A stretch of 32,000 bases of DNA from Buchnera aphidicola str. APS (Acyrthosiphon pisum) (GCF_000009605.1 NC_002528.1:60001-92000), one strand, 5' to 3'. Numbered from the stretch's first letter, positions 10,824 to 22,533 are shown. Made by a program: numbers and translations. Notes: generated by a model from the letters alone, not told the origin.

Positions 10824-11081
10824 TTATTCTAATTCTGTCATTATTAGAGATAAATGTTCAATTGCCTTTTTTTCATCTTCTCCTTCAGCTGATAATGTAA
10901 TAAGACTTCCTTGAATAAGGCCTAGTGTTTGAATTTTAAATAAACTTTTTGCATTTACTGATTTTCCGTTATAAATAATAGAAATTTCAGAAGTAAATTT
11001 TTTTGCTTCTTTTACAAACTGAGCAGCAGGTCGAGTATGCAAACCATGTGGAGCAGTAATTTTAACTTGGTTTTGAAACAT
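10824..11081 (-). CDS. ptsH: PTS phosphocarrier protein HPr (85 aa)
   Basis: [27 protein letters not shown].. has the active-site His15 context identical to E. coli HPr, and the same length (85 aa). Confidence 0.98.
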   Translation of the reverse strand: MFQNQVKITAPHGLHTRPAAQFVKEAKKFTSEISIIYNGKSVNAKSLFKIQTLGLIQGSLITLSAEGEDEKKAIEHLSLIMTELE

Positions 11082-11229
11082 TTTTTTTCCTTAGTAAGAG
11101 TTGATTAATCTAATATTGTAATAATTTTAAAAAAAATTTTTATTGTAACTATTAAAATACAAATTATCTAATAAAAACAAGGTTTTTTAGAGTTTTTATA
11201 TTAAATAAATTCTATTTTTAATAGTTTTT

Positions 11230-12177
11230 TTATAGTTCAGAAAATAATTCTGTACTTAAATAACGTTCTCCTGAAGAAGGTAAAATAACAACTATTTTTT
11301 TGTCTGAAAATTTTTTTTGCTGTTGGATTTTTATTGCTGCATATAACGCAGCACCAGAAGAGATTCCTGCTAGTATACCTTCTTTTTTCATTAATTCTTT
11401 AGCCGTTAATATTGCTTCTTCACTAGAAACAGTAATAACTTGATCGATTATTGTTAAATCTAAGTTTTTGGGTATAAAACCAGGCCCAATTCCTTGAATT
11501 TTATGTGGTCCAGGCTCGATTGCTTTTCCTGCTAAAAATTGTGTGATTACAGGTGATTCAGAAGGTTCAACAGCTATACTGATTAAATTTTTTTTTCTTT
11601 TTATTTTTTTGATATATCTTGTGATACCAGTAATTGTGCCACCCGTTCCTACAGCAGAAATTAAAATATCTAAATTGCCATTAGTATCGTTCCATATTTC
11701 TGGTCCAGTAGTAATTTGATGAATTTCAGGATTAGCTGGATTCTCAAATTGTTTTAATAAAAAATATTTACTTGGATTGCGAGATATAATATCATTTGCC
11801 TTAGAAATAGCTCCCTTCATGCCATATCTTCCATCGGTTAAAATCAATTCTGCACCTAAAGATTTTAATATTTTTTTCCGCTCAATAGACATGGTTTCAG
11901 GCATAGTTAGAGTTAATCGATAATTTCTAGAAGCTGCAACATAAGCTAATGCTATTCCTGTATTACCACTAGTCGCCTCGATTAGTTTTACATTTTTATT
12001 TATATTATTATTTTTTTCGGCGTGCCATATCATATTAGCACCAATTCTACATTTAACACTAAAACTTGGATTTCTAGATTCTATTTTTACTAAAATATTT
12101 CCATTTCCAATTCTATTTAAACGAACTAGAGGTGTATTACCAATAGTTAAAGAATTATCTTGATATATTTTACTCAT
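11230..12177 (-). CDS. cysK: Cysteine synthase A (O-acetylserine sulfhydrylase) CysK, 315 aa
   Basis: ..[12 protein letters not shown].., [11 protein letters not shown] (PLP lysine), [10 protein letters not shown] and GTGGTITG motifs. It lies upstream of ptsH, as in E. coli. Confidence 0.96.
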   Translation of the reverse strand: MSKIYQDNSLTIGNTPLVRLNRIGNGNILVKIESRNPSFSVKCRIGANMIWHAEKNNNINKNVKLIEATSGNTGIALAYVAASRNYRLTLTMPETMSIERKKILKSLGAELILTDGRYGMKGAISKANDIISRNPSKYFLLKQFENPANPEIHQITTGPEIWNDTNGNLDILISAVGTGGTITGITRYIKKIKRKKNLISIAVEPSESPVITQFLAGKAIEPGPHKIQGIGPGFIPKNLDLTIIDQVITVSSEEAILTAKELMKKEGILAGISSGAALYAAIKIQQQKKFSDKKIVVILPSSGERYLSTELFSEL

Positions 12178-12365
12178 TTTTTTCCTTATTTTTAAATTTT
12201 TTCCTGTGACATAATAATTACATCATATTAAATTGAATATTATTCCAGTGTTATAGTTAAATATTTTTTATTATCTTTTCTAGTGGAACTTATTTTAAAA
12301 TATTGTTTTTAATTGCAAATAAAAATTATATAATAAAAAATATCTTAAACTATCAATATTATTAA

Positions 12366-14459
<2,094 letters not shown>

Positions 14460-14471
14460 TAGTATATTTTT

Positions 14472-14544
14472 TGGGTCGTGCAGGATTTGAACCTGCGACC
14501 AATTGATTAAAAGTCAACTGCTCTACCAACTGAGCTAACGACCC
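14472..14544 (-). tRNA. tRNA-Lys (anticodon UUU), 73 nt, 3' CCA not encoded
   Basis: The reverse complement GGGTCGTTAGCTCAGTTGGTAGAGCAGTTGACTTTTAATCAATTGGTCGCAGGTTCAAATCCTGCACGACCCA folds as a cloverleaf (7/4/5/5-bp stems) with anticodon loop CTTTTAA. It is nearly identical to E. coli tRNA-Lys. The discriminator A is followed by AAAT, not CCA. Confidence 0.97.
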
Positions 14545-14572
14545 TTTTAAAGAGTTTTTCAATGATGTTTTA

Positions 14573-14645
14573 TGGGTGATGACGGACTCGAACCGCCGAC
14601 TTCCTCCGTGTAAAGGAGGAGCTCTACCAACTGAGCTAATCACCC
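14573..14645 (-). tRNA. tRNA-Val (anticodon UAC), 73 nt, 3' CCA not encoded
   Basis: The reverse complement GGGTGATTAGCTCAGTTGGTAGAGCTCCTCCTTTACACGGAGGAAGTCGGCGGTTCGAGTCCGTCATCACCCA has anticodon loop TTTACAC and acceptor and T arms like E. coli tRNA-Val(UAC). It is followed by TAAA, not CCA. Confidence 0.96.
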
Positions 14646-14663
14646 TTTTCTACACCTATTTAT

Positions 14664-14691
14664 ATTGTAAAGATAGATGTGATAGAGTCAA
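14664..14691 (-). promoter_or_regulatory. Sigma-70-type promoter candidate for the tRNA-Val/tRNA-Lys transcription unit
   Basis: On the - strand: TTGACT (14691-14686), a 16-nt spacer, then TACAAT (14669-14664). The -10 ends 18 nt upstream of the mature tRNA-Val 5' end. An A/T-rich UP-like tract (ATATTATTTTTTAAAAAAAGA) lies immediately upstream. Confidence 0.5.
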
Positions 14692-14770
14692 TCTTTTTTT
14701 AAAAAATAATATTTGTTTGGTGTAAATTTAATCATAATGATTAAATTATAATCTATTTTCTGAGGAATAC

Positions 14771-16174
14771 ATGAAAGTAAAAACTCGTTTTGCACCTAGT
14801 CCCACTGGAAACTTACATATTGGAAGCATTCGTACTGCTTTGTATTCTTGGTTGTTTGCAAGACATCATAATGGAAAGTTCGTATTGCGTATAGAAGATA
14901 CGGATCTAGTACGTTCTGAATTAATTTCTATAGATTCTATTTTTAATGGATTAAAATGGTTGGGTCTCAATTGGGATGAAGGTCCTTATTTTCAAACTAA
15001 ACGATTAGATAGATATAAAGAAGTTATTAATGTTATGTTAGAAAAAGAAGATGCATATATTTGCGTGTGCTCTTGTCAAGAATTAGAAGAAATACGAAAG
15101 AAACAAATTGAAAAAGGTAATAAACCACGCTATCCTGGTACATGTAGAAATTTAAATATCAAGAATATATCAAATCAAAATCATGTAATAAGGTTTAAAA
15201 ATCCACTTTTTGGAAAAGTAAAATTTCAAGATAAAATTCGAGGAGAAATTGTTTTTGATAATGCTGAATTAGATGATCTTGTTATTCAACGTTCTAACGG
15301 TATGCCTACTTATAACTTTTGTGTCGTCGTCGACGATATGGATATGAAAATTACTCATGTTATTCGTGGAGAGGATCACATTAGTAATACACCCCGTCAA
15401 ATCAATATTTTGAATTCTTTAAAAGTAAAAATACCTGTGTATGCACATTTATCAATGATTTTAGATGAGAAAGGTAATAAAATTTCTAAAAGAAAAAATG
15501 CTATAAATATAATTGAATACTATGAAAATGGATTTTTGCCAGAAGCATTATTAAATTATATCATACGATTAGGTTGGTCTTATGGCGACAAAGAGATATT
15601 TAACCTCTCAGAAATGAAAGAATTATTTAATTTAAAATCTATTACTAAATCTTCTAGTACAGTAAATTTTAAAAAACTTTTATGGATGAATAAATATTAT
15701 ATTAATAATTCACCATTAGATTATGTTTCTGACTGCCTTAAGAATTACATGGAAAAGAAAAATATTAATGTAGAAAAGGGTCCTGATTTAGAATTGTTAG
15801 TTAAATTATTTAGAAGTCGTCATCATACTTTAAAAGAAATAACAGAATCTTGTCGATATTTTTACGAAGAAATTAATTTTTTTAATCATACAGTCATAGA
15901 AAAATATTTTACAAGAAAAAATTGTTTTATTTTACAAACATGTTATAAGAAAATTGAAAAATTATCTATTTGGGACAACAAAAATATATCTAAAATAATC
16001 AATGACGTATCTGAATTAATCAAAGTTACAAAAAAAGAAATTAGTATGATATTACGTATCTCTATGACAGGAGATATCTGTTCGCCTAGTATAAGTACTG
16101 TCATACTTTTAATTGGAAAAGAAAAAGCTTTATTAAGAATCAATAACGTTGTTAATTATATTAAAAATTTATAA
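14771..16174 (+). CDS. gltX: Glutamyl-tRNA synthetase GltX (467 aa)
   Basis: [19 protein letters not shown] (HIGH motif) and KISKRK (KMSKS-type motif). A GAGGA SD lies 5 nt upstream. The size is like E. coli (471 aa). Confidence 0.96.
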   Translation: MKVKTRFAPSPTGNLHIGSIRTALYSWLFARHHNGKFVLRIEDTDLVRSELISIDSIFNGLKWLGLNWDEGPYFQTKRLDRYKEVINVMLEKEDAYICVCSCQELEEIRKKQIEKGNKPRYPGTCRNLNIKNISNQNHVIRFKNPLFGKVKFQDKIRGEIVFDNAELDDLVIQRSNGMPTYNFCVVVDDMDMKITHVIRGEDHISNTPRQINILNSLKVKIPVYAHLSMILDEKGNKISKRKNAINIIEYYENGFLPEALLNYIIRLGWSYGDKEIFNLSEMKELFNLKSITKSSSTVNFKKLLWMNKYYINNSPLDYVSDCLKNYMEKKNINVEKGPDLELLVKLFRSRHHTLKEITESCRYFYEEINFFNHTVIEKYFTRKNCFILQTCYKKIEKLSIWDNKNISKIINDVSELIKVTKKEISMILRISMTGDICSPSISTVILLIGKEKALLRINNVVNYIKNL

Positions 16175-16210
16175 AAATAGTATTTTTCAATATCTTTATC
16201 TGAGACATAT

Positions 16211-16259
16211 AAAAATTATTTATAAAAAATTTGACACATATGATTTTTAGTAAGATTAT
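16211..16259 (+). promoter_or_regulatory. Distal promoter-like module (A/T tract + TTGACA + GATTAT), copy 1 of a duplicated module upstream of tRNA-Ala
   Basis: AAAAATTATTTATAAAAAAT (16211-16230) is directly followed by TTGACA (16231-16236). After a 17-nt spacer comes GATTAT (16254-16259). Confidence 0.35.
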
Positions 16260-16287
16260 GTTTAAGTTTTTACAAAAAATACATTTA

Positions 16288-16339
16288 AAAAATTATTTAT
16301 AAAAAATAAATTGACAGGATTCATGTGTTTTTATATTGT
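16288..16339 (+). promoter_or_regulatory. Proximal promoter candidate for tRNA-Ala (copy 2 of the duplicated module)
   Basis: The same 20-mer AAAAATTATTTATAAAAAAT (16288-16307) is followed by aaa, TTGACA (16311-16316), a 17-nt spacer and TATTGT (16334-16339). The -10 ends 8 nt before the tRNA 5' end. Confidence 0.5.
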
Positions 16340-16347
16340 AATATTTT

Positions 16348-16420
16348 GGGGCTATAGCTCATTTGGTAGAGCGCTTGCATGGCATGCAAGATGTCAGCGG
16401 TTCGATTCCGCTTAGCTCCA
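16348..16420 (+). tRNA. tRNA-Ala (anticodon GGC), 73 nt, 3' CCA not encoded
   Basis: GGGGCTATAGCTCATTTGGTAGAGCGCTTGCATGGCATGCAAGATGTCAGCGGTTCGATTCCGCTTAGCTCCA has the G3:U70 identity pair in its acceptor stem and anticodon loop ATGGCAT. It is nearly identical to E. coli tRNA-Ala(GGC). It is followed by CGAAA, not CCA. Confidence 0.97.
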
Positions 16421-16470
16421 CGAAATTTATTCTTTTAGATTGAAAATTTTATAAAAAATATTTTTTAACG

Positions 16471-16500
16471 CTGTGCTAAATTTTTTTTTATTCAGCACAG
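16471..16500. terminator. Hairpin between the convergent tRNA-Ala and fliE; possible bidirectional terminator
   Basis: CTGTGCT (16471-16477) and AGCACAG (16494-16500) form a 7-bp stem with 4 GC pairs and a 16-nt A/T loop. Flanks are U-rich on both strands. It is the only GC-containing dyad in this spacer. Confidence 0.35.
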
Positions 16501-16513
16501 TAACTTTTATAAA

Positions 16514-16810
16514 TTATATTTGTTGACTCATAATTTCTTGATAAGCTGATACAATTTTATTTCTTATTTGTACTGCTAATTGCATAGAAATAGAAGATTT
16601 TTCTAAATTGATCATTACATCGTTTAGAGAAATTCCTGATTGATTTAATATGAATTTTTCAGAATCAATTTTTGCATGATTTTGATTTTTGCTTATTTCT
16701 CCTAGTGCTATTTTTATATAGTCTATAAAATTTTCACTGTCTTTTTTTTGTGCGTCTAACAAATTAAATTTTGTATTAATATTTTGATGATTGATATTTT
16801 CAATAAACAT
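16514..16810 (-). CDS. fliE: Flagellar hook-basal body complex protein FliE (98 aa)
   Basis: The C-terminus ..DVMINLEKSSISMQLAVQIRNKIVSAYQEIMSQQI matches the conserved FliE C-terminal helix (E. coli ..[30 protein letters not shown]). A GAGGAAG SD is present. It is divergent from fliF, as in enterics. Confidence 0.93.
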   Translation of the reverse strand: MFIENINHQNINTKFNLLDAQKKDSENFIDYIKIALGEISKNQNHAKIDSEKFILNQSGISLNDVMINLEKSSISMQLAVQIRNKIVSAYQEIMSQQI

Positions 16811-16867
16811 AATCTTCCTCTATAAAAAAAAATAATTTTTATATGTTTAAATTTTTCAAATACTATC

Positions 16868-16910
16868 ATATCTTTATCAAGATAAAAATAATATCTTCAT
16901 AAAAGATAAA
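16868..16910. promoter_or_regulatory. Two tandem copies of a dyad-symmetric motif, ATATCTT-N4/5-AAGATAAA, in the fliE/fliF divergent control region
   Basis: Copy A spans 16868-16886 (ATATCTT TATC AAGATAAA). Copy B spans 16891-16910 (ATATCTT CATAA AAGATAAA). Each contains the inverted hexamers TATCTT/AAGATA, and the copies start 23 bp apart. Confidence 0.3.
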
Positions 16911-17073
16911 TATATAATATTAAAATTAAATAATATTTTTTATATATATATTCTTAATAAGCATTGAATTAAAATTAATTTAACAGGAAATTTTTTTATT
17001 TCATACTATTGGTGTATGTTGTAGTTTTCACTAAATTATAGTTAGAAATAATTATATTAGATAGGAAGATTTC

Positions 17074-18711
17074 ATGAATTTCAGTACTATAGAAGAGTCC
17101 GTTTTAAAAGAGAAAAAAAAATTTAATAATTTTTTATCTGGTTTTTTAAAAAATTCTCGTTTTTTAATTATTTTATTAACAGCTGCAGCTATTACTGCTG
17201 TTTCTATTTCAGTATGGATTAAATCTCCTGAGTATCAAGTTTTGTATAATCACTTATCTAATGAAGATCGTGGATCTATTATTAACGAATTAAACGAAAT
17301 GAAAATTCCTTATCAATTCACTGATTCTGATGGTCCAATATTAGTTCCAAAAGATAAAGTATATGAAATTCGATTGCGTTTAGCAGAAAATAATTTGCCT
17401 AGAGGCGGGAGTATTGGATTTGAATTATTAGATAAAGAAAAATTTGGAATTAGTCAATACAATGAACAAATAAATTATCATCGTGCTTTAGAAGGAGAAT
17501 TAGCTCGAACTATAAAAAAAATTAATTCTGTAAAAAATGCCAGAATACATATAGCATTTTCTAAATCATCACTATTTTTACAGGATAAAAAGAAATCATC
17601 AGCTTCAATTATTTTAGAATTACAACCAGGAAGAAATCTAAATACAGGTCAAATTAATGCTATAATGCATTTAATTTCAAGTAGTATATCTGACCTTCCA
17701 GTGGAAAATATTACTATTGTAGATCAATCAGGTAAGTTATTAAATCAAACTTCTGTGGAATATGATCAGGTGAATGATTCACAATTTAAATATACTGAAG
17801 AGATTGAAACTCGCTATAGAAATAGAATAAAAAATATTTTAGAACCATTAGTGGGAATTGGGAATATTTACGCTCAAGTTACTGCTCAGATAGATTTTAA
17901 TGCACAAGAAAAAACACAGGAAAAATATTCACCAAATAGTGATCATAAAAATCAATCAATAAGATCGCATCAAATAATTATTCACAACGAAATAGAAAAG
18001 AGCAATATTCAAGAAGAGACGCCTATTCCTTTATCTAACTCTAATAATCATGTTTATTTTAATAATAATATTAAAAATAGTAAAAATTTAAAAAATAATT
18101 ATATTCCTGTTGATAGTAAAATTAATCGTGATAACACAGTAAATTATGAATTAAATCATAGTGTATCACATACAAAAATGAACATAGGAGAAATTAAAAG
18201 GTTATCAGCAGCAGTTATAGTGAACTTTTCTAAAGATAAAAATGGAAAATTTGTCCCTTTAAGCACACAAAAAATAAAAAATATTGAACATTTAATACGA
18301 GAAGCAATAGGATATTCGAAAGCTCGAGGAGATAGTGTTCATCTTGTTAATGCATCATTTGCTAAATATGATCAAAAAATACCAGTTCATATAAATCATA
18401 TAAATACTTTTAGAAAATCAAATTTTTTATATAATTTTGCACCATGGTTTTGTTCTTTTGCACTTCTTTTTCTTTTATTAAAAAAGTACATATGTCCTTT
18501 TTCAAAAAATAATACGTTTCAAAATACAATACCTGTACAAGAAAAAAAAAGTATAGATACACGTAATATTATAGAAAAAAATACTTTTCAAGTAGATCTT
18601 CAAAATAATACTAATACAGATAAATTAATTCATAAAATTTGTAATATATCTAATCAGAATCCACGTACTATAGCGTTGATTATTCGTCAATGGATGAGTG
18701 ATAAAATATGA
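17074..18711 (+). CDS. fliF: Flagellar M-ring (MS-ring) protein FliF (545 aa)
   Basis: An N-terminal TM segment is followed by ..YQVLY..L...D...I...L....IPY.. and GFELLD.EKFGISQ..EQINY.RALEGELARTI, typical of the FliF/YscJ family. The size is like E. coli (552 aa). An AGGAAG SD is present. Confidence 0.94.
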   Translation: MNFSTIEESVLKEKKKFNNFLSGFLKNSRFLIILLTAAAITAVSISVWIKSPEYQVLYNHLSNEDRGSIINELNEMKIPYQFTDSDGPILVPKDKVYEIRLRLAENNLPRGGSIGFELLDKEKFGISQYNEQINYHRALEGELARTIKKINSVKNARIHIAFSKSSLFLQDKKKSSASIILELQPGRNLNTGQINAIMHLISSSISDLPVENITIVDQSGKLLNQTSVEYDQVNDSQFKYTEEIETRYRNRIKNILEPLVGIGNIYAQVTAQIDFNAQEKTQEKYSPNSDHKNQSIRSHQIIIHNEIEKSNIQEETPIPLSNSNNHVYFNNNIKNSKNLKNNYIPVDSKINRDNTVNYELNHSVSHTKMNIGEIKRLSAAVIVNFSKDKNGKFVPLSTQKIKNIEHLIREAIGYSKARGDSVHLVNASFAKYDQKIPVHINHINTFRKSNFLYNFAPWFCSFALLFLLLKKYICPFSKNNTFQNTIPVQEKKSIDTRNIIEKNTFQVDLQNNTNTDKLIHKICNISNQNPRTIALIIRQWMSDKI

Positions 18712-19703
18712 TTGTAAATGGTACTGAAAAAAGTGCGTTGTTATTAATGGCAATAGGTTCTGATCAAGCAGGGGAAATATTAAAACATTTAACTCCTTTT
18801 GAAGTGCAAGAACTAATTACCGCTATGGTAAATATTAAACGAGTTTCTGCTCAAAAATTAAATGAAATATTACTACAGTGTTATAACCTTGCAATAAAAA
18901 ACAATGCATTTAACTGTAATAATAGTGATAAATATCTTATTAAGATGCTAACTAAAGCATTAGGAGAAAAAAAAGGCACGTCTCTTTTAAAAGAGGCTTT
19001 AGAAATTCGAAATGCTAGGATTTGCATTAAAGCTCTTAATTATATGAAAGCAAAACAAGTGGCTTTTTTATTAGATAAAGAGCATCCTCAAATTATTACT
19101 ACAATACTCATATGTCTAAATAAAAATCAATCAGCTGAAGTTCTTTCGTTTCTTAGTGATAAAAAACGTGCTGAAATTATTTTAAGAATTGTAGATTTTC
19201 ATGGTATTGAAGAGTCTAGTTTAGTGGAATTAACTCAGGTGATTAACAATTTATTAAAAAATAAAAAATTAATTTTATCAGAAAAAGGAGGGATAAAAAC
19301 TGCCGCTCAAATTTTAAATTCGATGAAAATAAAGCATGAGAAAGAAATTATAGAAAATATTAGTAAATCTAACGAACAATTAGCAGATAAAATTATTAAA
19401 GAAATTTTTTTATTTGAAAATTTAGTAGATTTAGATGATAAATATATTAAAATTTTACTTGAAAATATCGAAAAAGAAAAACTACACATTGCGCTTCAAA
19501 ATACTAGTCAAGCAATCAGAGAAAAGTTTTTTAAAAACATGTCTCATACAGAGTCTAACGAACTAACTTTAAATTTAGAAAAAAAATCTTATATTTCTGA
19601 TATTTCTATAAAAAATGAACAAAAACTGATTTTAATAATGCTTAAAAGCATTGTAGAAAACGGAAGAATTTCATTAAAAAATTTAAGAGAATATTATGTC
19701 TAA
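18708..19703 (+). CDS. fliG: Flagellar motor switch / C-ring protein FliG (331 aa)
   Basis: [29 protein letters not shown]...M matches the FliG N-terminus, and the length equals E. coli (331 aa). An ATGA overlap with the fliF stop suggests translational coupling. Confidence 0.93.
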
Positions 19704-20358
19704 TTTAATCTTAGAAAAAAAATGGACGAAATGGTATCCGGAAAATATATCTTTTAAAAATACAAAAAAAATTAAAAAAATTTTATGTTCTTCTAATAAT
19801 TTTAAAAAAGAAGATTTTTTTATAGATAAAAAAAATCAAAAAGATCTTACTTTTAGCAAAGAAACGTCAGAGATAAATTTAACACAAAAAAAAGCATATG
19901 AAACAGGTTTCCAAACAGGACTTCTAAAAGGCAAAGAGGAGAACACTTTGTTGAAAAATAAATTAAATGATTTATTTTTAAATTTTGAAAATTCTCTTGC
20001 TAAATTTGAAAATGAACTATGTTCTCAATTACTAAAAACAGTTTTAAAAATTTCATCTTATGTAATTGGGAAAAAAATTGATATAGATAAACAAATTTTA
20101 TTAAATTACATAAAAAAAATAATTAATAAAGAGGGTGTTTTCTTAAAAAAACCACAGTTTATAATCCATCCTAAAAATAAAACACTAATAGAAGATATTT
20201 TTAAAAAATTTTTAAATAGTCACAAATGGACTATAGTTTGTGACGACGGTATAGACTTAAATGGTTGTAAAATTAAATCAGAAAGTGTGGATATAGATGC
20301 GACCGTAGATGCTAGATGGCAGCAATTATGTCGTCTTATTTATTTAGAGGAATATTAA
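19696..20358 (+). CDS. fliH: Flagellar export apparatus protein FliH (FliI regulator), 220 aa
   Basis: Its position between fliG and fliI, with an 8-nt overlap with fliG. The central ..[16 protein letters not shown].. and C-terminal ..[13 protein letters not shown] resemble FliH (E. coli ..GY..G...G..EG.. / ..LDARL..R..). It is highly diverged. Confidence 0.85.
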
Positions 20359-21719
20359 TGAATTTAAGATTTGCTCAATTTTTAAAAAATATTTCTTCTT
20401 TTGAAAGTAGAATTGAGAAGCTATCTGATATTATTAATTATGGTCGTCTTGTTAGTATTAATGGATTAATTTTAGAGGTGGTAGGATTGAACACATCTAT
20501 TGGTTCAGAATGTTTAATTGAAAGAACAATAGATGGTAAAAATGCGAATATTAATGCTGAAGTGATAGGTTTTTCGGGAGAAAAAACTTTTTTATTATCT
20601 TTTGAAGACATTCATGGTATTTTTCCCGGAGCACGTGTTTTTTCAAAAATAGCTAGCAATAGCAATTTTTTTATAAAAAAATTGCCATTAGGTATGGAAT
20701 TACTAGGTAGAGTGTTAGATGGACGAGGTCAACCATTAGATCAATTGCCTAAAATTGATCATAAGTATTATTCTACGATAAAAAATTATAGTATTAATCC
20801 ATTGAATAGAACTCCAATTACTGAAGTATTAGATACTGGAATACGCGCTATTAATGGACTTTTAACTATTGGAAGAGGTCAAAAAATAGGGATTTTTTCC
20901 AGTTCTGGTATTGGTAAAAGCATTTTACTCGGAATGATAGCACGATATACACAAGCTGACATTATTGTTATTGCTTTAATAGGAGAACGAGGTCGAGAAG
21001 TAAAAGATTTTATAGAAAATATATTAGGTTTAGCAGGGTTATCACGTTCAGTAATTATCGCCGCTCCTGCAGATGTATCTCCTTTATTAAAAATAAAAGC
21101 AGCATCTTATGCTACTAATATTGCAGAATATTTTTATAAAAATAATAAACATGTATTGCTTATTATGGATTCATTGACTCGCTATGCTATGGCACAACGA
21201 GAAATTTCATTGTCTCTAGGAGAGCTACCTGTCTCTAAAGGTTATCCATCTTCTATATTTTCAAAAATTCCTAATTTAATAGAAAGAACGGGCATATTTA
21301 ATAAAAACAAAGGATCTATTACTTCATTTTACACAGTTTTAACTGAAGGTGAAGATGAACAAGATCCAGTTTCACATCTTGCTCGTTCTGTATTAGATGG
21401 ACATATTATGTTGTCGCGTTATTATGCTGATTTAGGCCATTATCCTGCTATTGATATTGAATCTTCTATTAGTCGTGTTATGCCTAACATTATTAATGCT
21501 AAACAATATTCTCAAGCTTTTTATTTTAAAAAACTAGTTGCGTCTTATCAAAGAAATCGAGATTTAATTAATATAGGGGCTTATGTGAGTGGCACTGATG
21601 TAATTTTAGATCATGCGATTAAAATTTGGCCAAAATTAGAAAAATTCTTACAGCAAGAAATCTCAGAAAAAAGTGATTATCTTTTTTCTTGTGAAGCATT
21701 AAATAAAATATTTATTTAA
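20358..21719 (+). CDS. fliI: Flagellum-specific ATP synthase FliI (453 aa from the ATG at 20358)
   Basis: Walker A SSSGIGKSILLGM and Walker B VLLIMDSLTRYA. The N-terminus [11 protein letters not shown]....YGRLVSINGLILEVVGL aligns to E. coli MTTRLTRWL....YGRLTRATGLVLEATGL. The ATG overlaps the fliH TAA (TAATG). The 14-codon extension in the ORF track (20316) lies inside fliH and was rejected. Confidence 0.95.
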   Translation: MNLRFAQFLKNISSFESRIEKLSDIINYGRLVSINGLILEVVGLNTSIGSECLIERTIDGKNANINAEVIGFSGEKTFLLSFEDIHGIFPGARVFSKIASNSNFFIKKLPLGMELLGRVLDGRGQPLDQLPKIDHKYYSTIKNYSINPLNRTPITEVLDTGIRAINGLLTIGRGQKIGIFSSSGIGKSILLGMIARYTQADIIVIALIGERGREVKDFIENILGLAGLSRSVIIAAPADVSPLLKIKAASYATNIAEYFYKNNKHVLLIMDSLTRYAMAQREISLSLGELPVSKGYPSSIFSKIPNLIERTGIFNKNKGSITSFYTVLTEGEDEQDPVSHLARSVLDGHIMLSRYYADLGHYPAIDIESSISRVMPNIINAKQYSQAFYFKKLVASYQRNRDLINIGAYVSGTDVILDHAIKIWPKLEKFLQQEISEKSDYLFSCEALNKIFI

Positions 21720-21742
21720 TATTTAAAGAAACTGGATATGAT

Positions 21743-22186
21743 ATGTTAATGAAACATAAAACATTTTCTCTTTTGGAAAAGATAGAAAAAAAGAAAATAG
21801 AAAAAGAAACAATTAAGATTAAAAATATTTATTTGCATAAAAAAAAGCATATCAAACAATTAAAACTACTTAGTGGTTATCAACAAGAATATTTAAGAAA
21901 AATACATGATAAATTAATATTAGGTGTGTCGGTACATCAATGGCAAAACTATAATAGTTTTATTTCTGTATTAGAAGTAATTATTCAAGATAATATAAAT
22001 ACAATCAAAAAAGACGAGAAAATAATTCAAGAAAGTTTTAAAATATGGTCGAAAAATCAAATTCAAGGTAATATTTGGAAACATTTAAATATGATACATA
22101 AAAGGAAAATATTAAGAATAAAAAAAATAAAGGACGCAATTATCAATGATAGTCATATTCAATTAAAATTTTTTAAAAAGGTGTAG
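21743..22186 (+). CDS. fliJ: Flagellar export chaperone/stalk protein FliJ (147 aa)
   Basis: Its position after fliI and the same length as E. coli FliJ (147 aa). L..YQQEY......W.NY..FI..L...I follows the FliJ coiled-coil pattern (E. coli LIDYQNEY...RWINYQQFIQTLEKAI). Confidence 0.85.
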   Translation: MLMKHKTFSLLEKIEKKKIEKETIKIKNIYLHKKKHIKQLKLLSGYQQEYLRKIHDKLILGVSVHQWQNYNSFISVLEVIIQDNINTIKKDEKIIQESFKIWSKNQIQGNIWKHLNMIHKRKILRIKKIKDAIINDSHIQLKFFKKV

Positions 22187-22194
22187 TCATTGTA

Positions 22195-22533
22195 ATGATA
22201 GAAATAATTAGCAATATAACATCGCAAGATAACGTTTCGACTAATAAAAATAATAGTTTCTTTAATATTATTAATTCATCATATTTATTAAAATCTACTT
22301 TTAGTAGATTTAATCAATATTTTCTAAATAAAAAAATAGAATTTGATCATATTATTGCAGAAGAAAAAAAAGAGAACAAGGATAAAATTGTTATTTCCTC
22401 TCATTTTATAGTTAATTATTTATTAAATATTTTAAATCAAAAAAATACAGATTTTAATTCCAAAAACTTTAATAATTCTAAAAATGATCAAATAAAAAAA
22501 AAAAAAATAGATAACAACCAGGTTAATTTATAA
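22195..22533 (+). CDS. N-terminal fragment of FliK (112 aa); would be annotated as hypothetical if taken alone
   Basis: The ORF starts 8 nt after the fliJ stop and is low-complexity N/K/S-rich, like the FliK 'ruler' region. It contains an A14 tract (22494-22507) and ends at a TAA in frame with the downstream FliK domain. Confidence 0.6.
   Translation: MIEIISNITSQDNVSTNKNNSFFNIINSSYLLKSTFSRFNQYFLNKKIEFDHIIAEEKKENKDKIVISSHFIVNYLLNILNQKNTDFNSKNFNNSKNDQIKKKKIDNNQVNL

Noticed and set aside
20316-20357. N-terminal extensions suggested by the ORF track for fliI (20316), fliM (23392, GTG), fliN (24290, TTG) and rpmB (27574, TTG)
   Set aside because: Alignment to the E. coli N-termini, SD placement, and stop/start overlaps (TAATG, ATGA) favour the internal ATGs at 20358, 23437, 24332 and 27559.
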